Assembly (NCBI RefSeq): GCF_000013905.1
Contig: NC_007969.1
Location: 1,470,001 to 1,502,000 of the forward strand
Origin: Psychrobacter cryohalolentis K5
GTDB taxonomy: Bacteria > Pseudomonadota > Gammaproteobacteria > Pseudomonadales > Moraxellaceae
DNA length: 32,000 nt
Direction of reading: 5' to 3'
Positions 27,132 through 32,000 of the stretch are shown piece by piece (position 1 is the first letter of the stretch; each line of letters starts with the position of its first letter). The notes beneath the pieces were generated by a model that was not told the origin of the DNA, did not search any database, and saw only the letters and a program-made list of their open reading frames with translations. A program made the position numbers and the translations under genes.

Positions 27132-27151
27132 ATAATGGGTAAGATAATAAA

Positions 27152-27178
27152 AGACCGCTCGATTGGAGCGGTCTTTCT
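27152..27178. terminator. Hairpin terminator between the convergent bestrophin-like and RCC1-lipoprotein genes
   Basis: AGACCGCTC-GATTG-GAGCGGTCT, a 9-bp stem. TTTCT follows on the plus strand and TTTTATTAT follows on the minus strand. Confidence 0.65.
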
Positions 27179-27302
27179 ATGTTTGTATGTCACTTTGATT
27201 GCTTATTAGCCTTAAATACCTTTTAAAAAGCTCAGTAAGATCCCTTTTTACGTACTAGGTCCTTGTGTATCGCTTTTATGAGCGCCGCTCAATAATCACT
27301 GC

Positions 27303-28979
27303 TTATAGCTGGCTAGGAATTTTTACAGGGATAGGGTAGTTATACATCCAAGTATGTGAGGTGTTTTCATTGCCTAATGAACCCTCAAAGCTCCAGCCCC
27401 ACGTAAACAGATTGCCGTTCTTAAAAGGTATGCCATTGTTTTGATTGCGTGGTTTTTCATGTGCAATCAGATGCATTGTACCCATCGCCATATTATCGAT
27501 GTTTTTTAAGCTGGTCAGCTTGTTTGTTGGTTCATCTAAGTTTTCATAACTTGTTTTGCCTTTGCCGTCTGTTTCACCAAACATGCCCCAAGCATAAAGG
27601 ATGCCATCTGACGCTTGGGTGTTACTGTTATTTGCTGCAACATTGTCCAACAATACATAGCTGGCATTGCCATTGGCGTAGACACGGCGAACCTCTTTAC
27701 CTGCAAACCAAGGCAATTTGGTTGGCGCAGTTATGGTGCTTGCCCATGCTTTTGCGGTATTTTTAAAGCCAATTCCGTTGTAGCCTATTTGGCTGCTAGC
27801 ATTTAGCCCCCAACCATAGACAGAGTCTTTGTTGGTCAGTGCTAAAACATGATCTTTACCAGCAGCAAGCTGAGTGACTATTTCTTTTTCTACCCCTTGA
27901 GCAGTACTATCAGCCAAATCATGTGCAATGACGTTGATACGTAACGGTTTATTAGTAACATTGATGCAATTGTTGGCTTTATCACATGCTTGACCGCGCC
28001 CAAGATTGGCGCTCCCGTCGCTGCCCCAACCCCATACCTGACCTTTATCATCTAAGGCATATGAGCTACTGCTACTGGCTACGACTTGTATGATATGACC
28101 GACGCCCTCTGACGCCGAAAAGTCAACTTTGACTGGTATGCTGCTGTCTATAGCGGTGTTATTACCGAGCTGCCCTTGAGCATTAGCGCCAAATGCCCAA
28201 ACGCTGCCGTCTTTGGTCAACACCAAATTATGATTATAACCAGCCGCTAACATAACCGCATTATCAATACCGGCAATCGCGCTGATATCAAGACGACAAT
28301 CAGCGGATTTAACACAAGAATGACGATTTGACTGACCACGTCCTAATTGTCCATAAGCATCATTACCCCAGCTATAAACTTGACCTTTATCGTCGATAGC
28401 AAGTGAGTGGTTTTGATTAAATTTAATAGATACTAGGTTTTTTGCGGCATTATTCATGAGTGTCGGTAACTCTGGATGTCCCATAGTGTCAGTGAATGTC
28501 GAGGTATATGCGGTGCCTGTTTGCCCATAGTTATTACGCCCCCAACCATAGAGCTGCCCATCATGAAGGGCTGCGGTATGTGAGCCACCAGCTGCCACCG
28601 TATCACCCAGATACATATTTTTGGTTGAGCGCATGATGTTACCTGCATTGTCAGTGGCGGCTAAGGCAATGCTGTTTTCGCCTAAATCTAACAAGATGCG
28701 ATCGTTAAAATAACCATTTTTGTCAATAGTTAGTGATTGAGGTGCTCTACCGTTCAATGTATAAGTCACAGACTTTATGCCACCGCTATCTTGCACTTGA
28801 CCTGAGACAAATACGGCCGCAACTGCGCTATAACCACTCGAAAAGTTGCTATCCGTTGTCAAAAGTGGCGGTGTCCCATCAATGATTTCTGTACTGACAT
28901 CAGAATCATCGCCGCAAGCAGTCAACATCAAAGTAGCGGTAATCAAAGCGACTGCTTGGGTCAGAGTGGATAAACGCAT
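27303..28979 (-). CDS. Lipoprotein with an N-terminal Ig-like region and a seven-blade RCC1-like beta-propeller
   Basis: 558 aa with lipobox MRLSTLTQAVALITATLMLTAC|GDD. Seven RCC1-type blades end in YGWGRNNYGQTG, YSWGNDAYGQLG, WAFGANAQGQLG, WGWGSDGSANLG, YGWGLNASSQIG, YAWGMFGETDG and FTWGWSFEGSLG. Two CX5C loops are present (CVKSADC and CDKANNC). Confidence 0.85.
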   Translation of the reverse strand: MRLSTLTQAVALITATLMLTACGDDSDVSTEIIDGTPPLLTTDSNFSSGYSAVAAVFVSGQVQDSGGIKSVTYTLNGRAPQSLTIDKNGYFNDRILLDLGENSIALAATDNAGNIMRSTKNMYLGDTVAAGGSHTAALHDGQLYGWGRNNYGQTGTAYTSTFTDTMGHPELPTLMNNAAKNLVSIKFNQNHSLAIDDKGQVYSWGNDAYGQLGRGQSNRHSCVKSADCRLDISAIAGIDNAVMLAAGYNHNLVLTKDGSVWAFGANAQGQLGNNTAIDSSIPVKVDFSASEGVGHIIQVVASSSSSYALDDKGQVWGWGSDGSANLGRGQACDKANNCINVTNKPLRINVIAHDLADSTAQGVEKEIVTQLAAGKDHVLALTNKDSVYGWGLNASSQIGYNGIGFKNTAKAWASTITAPTKLPWFAGKEVRRVYANGNASYVLLDNVAANNSNTQASDGILYAWGMFGETDGKGKTSYENLDEPTNKLTSLKNIDNMAMGTMHLIAHEKPRNQNNGIPFKNGNLFTWGWSFEGSLGNENTSHTWMYNYPIPVKIPSQL

Positions 28980-29370
28980 AAATGTCTCAATCAGTGATCA
29001 ATAAAAATAAAAGGGGTAGCGGTGCCAATCCTAAGATAGGGGCACTTAGTAAAGTGACTGTAATAATTTAAGCGAATAATATTACAAACGATAACTATTA
29101 TCAATATGTAAATTAGAATGGCAGTATATTAGATATGCTATGTTACGGATCAGAGCAGCAAATATGATAATGGCGGCGTACAGATGAGGTGCTGCCTATA
29201 GGGATTTGCCATCAGTATTTTTATAGGGCTGTAGCGAAGAGAGCTTTAATAAGACTTTATGATATGGTGGTAAAGATAGCGACTAGGCGACTATCTGGAA
29301 GTATGGTAAAAGCGCGGATCATGCCACTGCATTATATGTATGTTTCCATGATACTGAGTTCATAATAAAA

Positions 29371-29405
29371 TCGCATACTCACTTATAGTGTTAATAATTA
29401 TGCGA
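29371..29405 (-). terminator. Possible terminator after the IclR gene
   Basis: On the minus strand: TCGCATA-(21 nt)-TATGCGA followed by TTTTATTATG. The stem is short (7 bp) with a large loop, so support is weak. Confidence 0.3.
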
Positions 29406-29427
29406 TCTCTATAATTAATGACATGAT

Positions 29428-30273
29428 CTAGCTAATGTAAAGATTGCTCTCAATACTATTTTTCATATGCAGTAAACGAGGGGCAACATCTTCCTCTAGT
29501 TTTGTACGGCTCAAAACGAAATTTGGCGCGCCACAATTAAAAGTCAGTAAACCCTCAGTAGGGTGCATTAAAGCAGTGGCAACCGCATTGACATCTTTTT
29601 GCCATTCGCTAATTGAAAAGCAATAGCCATAATCTTCATAATCTTTAAAAGCTTTATCTAGTCCTCTTCTAATCTTTATCCAATCCTCTTTGTACTTAGT
29701 GCGAATGGCATCAAGGATAAATTCTTGCTCAGCCTGCGGCATACTTGCTAGACAGGCTCTGCCCATCGAACTTAAGTGAATAGGTAAGTATGAGCCGACA
29801 TTACGGCGCATAGTCGTAGTGCCATCACCTTGCACCACATTCAAATATACCATCGTTAGTCGATCGCGAGTGGCCATGGCAACCGCACTATTTGCATACT
29901 CTGCTAACTCTTCCATGTATGGCGTTACTAGATTGTTGATAGAGATGTTCGCCATCATCGTATAGCCAAAACCCAATACACCGGCAGACAATTGATATTT
30001 ACTACTATTTATTGATTGCTTTAAATAGCCGAGCTTAACTAAAGTATAAGTAAGACGCGTAATCGTGCCTTTAGGCAGTCCTGTTAATTGACTTAAGTCT
30101 TGATTACCAAGATAAGGACGCTGCGGGGTAAAACAACGAAGTAGCTCTAGCCCTCGCGCCAACGCGGTGACGAACTGCCGATCATTCTTGTCGCGCATCT
30201 CTGCAATCGGCTCTAGCAGTTCGATATGTGTTGTGTTAGCCGAGCCTTCGGTAATAAGGTTTTTAGTTGTCAT
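29428..30273 (-). CDS. IclR-family transcriptional regulator
   Basis: 281 aa. The N-terminal winged HTH is LGNQDLSQLTGLPKGTITRLTYTLVKLGYL, and the C-terminal part resembles an IclR effector-binding domain (e.g. GRACLASMP, YGYCFSISEW). Confidence 0.88.
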   Translation of the reverse strand: MTTKNLITEGSANTTHIELLEPIAEMRDKNDRQFVTALARGLELLRCFTPQRPYLGNQDLSQLTGLPKGTITRLTYTLVKLGYLKQSINSSKYQLSAGVLGFGYTMMANISINNLVTPYMEELAEYANSAVAMATRDRLTMVYLNVVQGDGTTTMRRNVGSYLPIHLSSMGRACLASMPQAEQEFILDAIRTKYKEDWIKIRRGLDKAFKDYEDYGYCFSISEWQKDVNAVATALMHPTEGLLTFNCGAPNFVLSRTKLEEDVAPRLLHMKNSIESNLYIS

Positions 30274-30374
30274 ATATTATTTTTATTCTCAATTAAGTTA
30301 ATACAAATGTAATGGTCAACATACTGCTTATCGTATTTTATTATCAGAATAAATTACTTTGAGCTAATAATAGT

Positions 30375-30408
30375 ATGCACCTTTAACCATACTATCTTAA
30401 AGGTGCAT
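30375..30408. promoter_or_regulatory. Perfect 12-bp inverted repeat between the MFS stop and the IclR start; either a terminator hairpin or an IclR operator
   Basis: ATGCACCTTTAA-(10 nt)-TTAAAGGTGCAT. It lies 63 nt downstream of the MFS stop and about 100 nt upstream of the IclR ATG. No strong T-run follows on either strand. Confidence 0.4.
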
Positions 30409-30470
30409 TTAAAATACTTAGCACAGCTATTATAAGCTATTTCGCTATGCGGTTTATATATTGAATAATA

Positions 30471-31736
30471 TTATGCTTTTTGTGGGTCATACTGCTGTTC
30501 TTTAATAAACAACGTCGGAATAAGACCACATAAGAAGTACGCACCTGCCATCAGCAATAAACCTGCACCGATAGAATTTTGCATCGCCATATAACCAATA
30601 GCGACGGGTGCAATGACTGAGCCCAGTCGTCCGATATTGAATGCACCACCGATAGCAGTACCTCGAATAGCAGTTGGAAAGCTTTCGGTCAAATAGGTGG
30701 CGTTAATTGCATAAGGAATACCATATAAGAAGCCAAAGGTTATCATTAACCAACCGATGTTTTCTGGCGTATGCATGTAGACCAATACTGGTATAAATAG
30801 TGCCGTACCCATCGTACCGAAAGCAAATACTATCTTGCGACCTATCTTATCAGCCACGATACCTGCGACTAATTTGGCAAACATCATAGTCAGATAAGTA
30901 CCTGCCATATAGATAGCCATCTCTTTAAACTTGATACCTAATTCAGTTTCTAGATAAGACGGTAACCAGTTGCTTACGCCAAAATAACCAAATAATAAAA
31001 GCCCTGAACTCATAGACCATAAAATAAACATGATGCGATGCTTTGGATTCTCAAATATGGCTTTGTAAGGGTTTTCAGGTTTTTGAAGTGAGTTCTTTGC
31101 GCCACTAAGTTTAAGGGCACGTGACTCTTTCCAAGACTGCGGCTCAGACACTAGAAAATACATCAATACTGCAAGAATAATAGGTATAAAGGTTAAGAGG
31201 TATAGGGTGCGCCAACCATAGCTAGGAATAATCCAAGCAGACAGGCTCGTAATAACGAGAGAGCCTAAAGTAAACCCTGTCATCAACATCGCAAGTACCG
31301 TCGTTCGATGTTTAGTAGGGACCATCTCAGACATCAACGTATTGGTCGCAATGTATAAGCTACCAAGACCCAAACATGCGGTGAATCGTAATGCTACAAA
31401 ATGTTCGTAGCTCTGCGCAAACCCACTAAAACCTGATAATACAGAGAAGAGTGCGGTCGCAATCACGATAACCCGTACCCGTCCAAAACGATCACAGGCC
31501 CAGCCGCCAAAGAACCCACCGATTGCCATGCCAAATAATGACCAACTGCCCAAAGCACCTGCTTGTACATTAGTCAATCCAAATTCTTGTTTTAAACTTG
31601 AAAGCGTAAAGGCAAGAATACCGATATCAGCCCCATCACATAACAAGACTAAAAAACAAAATACAAAGGCCAGTTTCCAAGGTTGCTTCTGAGCAGAATT
31701 TAAGCTTGGATTCGAAGTTATAGCCGCACTTTTCAC
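30471..31736 (-). CDS. Major facilitator superfamily transporter (organic acid/aromatic acid type; substrate unknown)
   Basis: 421 aa with about 12 TM segments and the MFS loop 2-3 signature GWACDRFGRVRV. The start is a GTG at 31736, preceded by AAGGA 8 nt upstream. Confidence 0.85.
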   Translation of the reverse strand: MKSAAITSNPSLNSAQKQPWKLAFVFCFLVLLCDGADIGILAFTLSSLKQEFGLTNVQAGALGSWSLFGMAIGGFFGGWACDRFGRVRVIVIATALFSVLSGFSGFAQSYEHFVALRFTACLGLGSLYIATNTLMSEMVPTKHRTTVLAMLMTGFTLGSLVITSLSAWIIPSYGWRTLYLLTFIPIILAVLMYFLVSEPQSWKESRALKLSGAKNSLQKPENPYKAIFENPKHRIMFILWSMSSGLLLFGYFGVSNWLPSYLETELGIKFKEMAIYMAGTYLTMMFAKLVAGIVADKIGRKIVFAFGTMGTALFIPVLVYMHTPENIGWLMITFGFLYGIPYAINATYLTESFPTAIRGTAIGGAFNIGRLGSVIAPVAIGYMAMQNSIGAGLLLMAGAYFLCGLIPTLFIKEQQYDPQKA

Positions 31737-31845
31737 AATACATATCCTTATCGTTGTGAGAATAAAAAACTATTTTGATAGTGTCTTTATGACGGTATTC
31801 ACGTCCTAGCAAATACCGGTATCGCCTAGCTCATCAAACAAACTA

Positions 31846-32000
31846 CTATTCACTTACTTCTTTAATCATATTACGGGCGATGATAATCTGCTGAATCTGA
31901 GTCGTACCTTCATATAAACGATATAAGCGCACATCACGATAAAAACGCTCAATGCCATAATCGGCAATATAACCCGCACCGCCATGAATTTGCACAGCTC
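31846..32000 (-). CDS. Acyl-CoA dehydrogenase, C-terminal ~51 codons; the gene runs off the right edge of the window
   Basis: Not in the ORF track. Manual reverse-complement translation gives ...QIHGGAGYIADYGIERFYRDVRLYRLYEGTTQIQQIIIARNMIKEVSE*, with the stop at 31846-31848. The motif GG.GY......ER.YRD.R...IYEGT..IQ is the conserved ACAD C-terminal helix region. Confidence 0.85.
   Translation of the reverse strand, partial: AVQIHGGAGYIADYGIERFYRDVRLYRLYEGTTQIQQIIIARNMIKEVSE

Overview
This window looks like ordinary chromosomal DNA from a moderately AT-rich Gammaproteobacterium. It is probably Moraxellaceae, Psychrobacter-like; that is inferred from the adhesin signal peptide, codon usage and gene content, not from any search. 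I count 18 protein-coding genes. I found no rRNA, tRNA, CRISPR array, transposase, integrase or phage gene.

Gene order, left to right:
1. The 5' part of dnaE on the minus strand. It is cut by the window edge and is missing from the ORF track.
2. A five-gene minus-strand trans-4-hydroxy-L-proline catabolic cluster: epimerase, FAD D-Hyp dehydrogenase, DHDPS-like deaminase, aldehyde dehydrogenase and an AGCS-family symporter. A divergent AraC/PAS regulator sits beside it.
3. ggt.
4. A cpxP-like gene divergent from a cpxR/cpxA-like two-component pair.
5. Directly downstream, a 2095-aa trimeric autotransporter adhesin (TAA).
6. A tandem-domain Usp, a succinate/acetate-type CoA-transferase, an orphan lipoprotein and a bestrophin-like channel.
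7. A lipoprotein carrying a 7-bladed RCC1-like propeller.
8. An IclR regulator, an MFS transporter and the 3' end of an acyl-CoA dehydrogenase, also cut by the window edge and missing from the track.

All three convergent gene pairs are separated by a bidirectional hairpin terminator.

I do not see a convincing new multi-gene system such as a defence island. The least explained pieces are:
- the cpxP-cpxRA-adhesin block, which has shared upstream motifs, a possibly lipidated CpxP and an enlarged CpxA sensor loop;
- the His-rich distal tip of the adhesin;
- the RCC1-propeller lipoprotein;
- the AGCS transporter recruited into the hydroxyproline operon.
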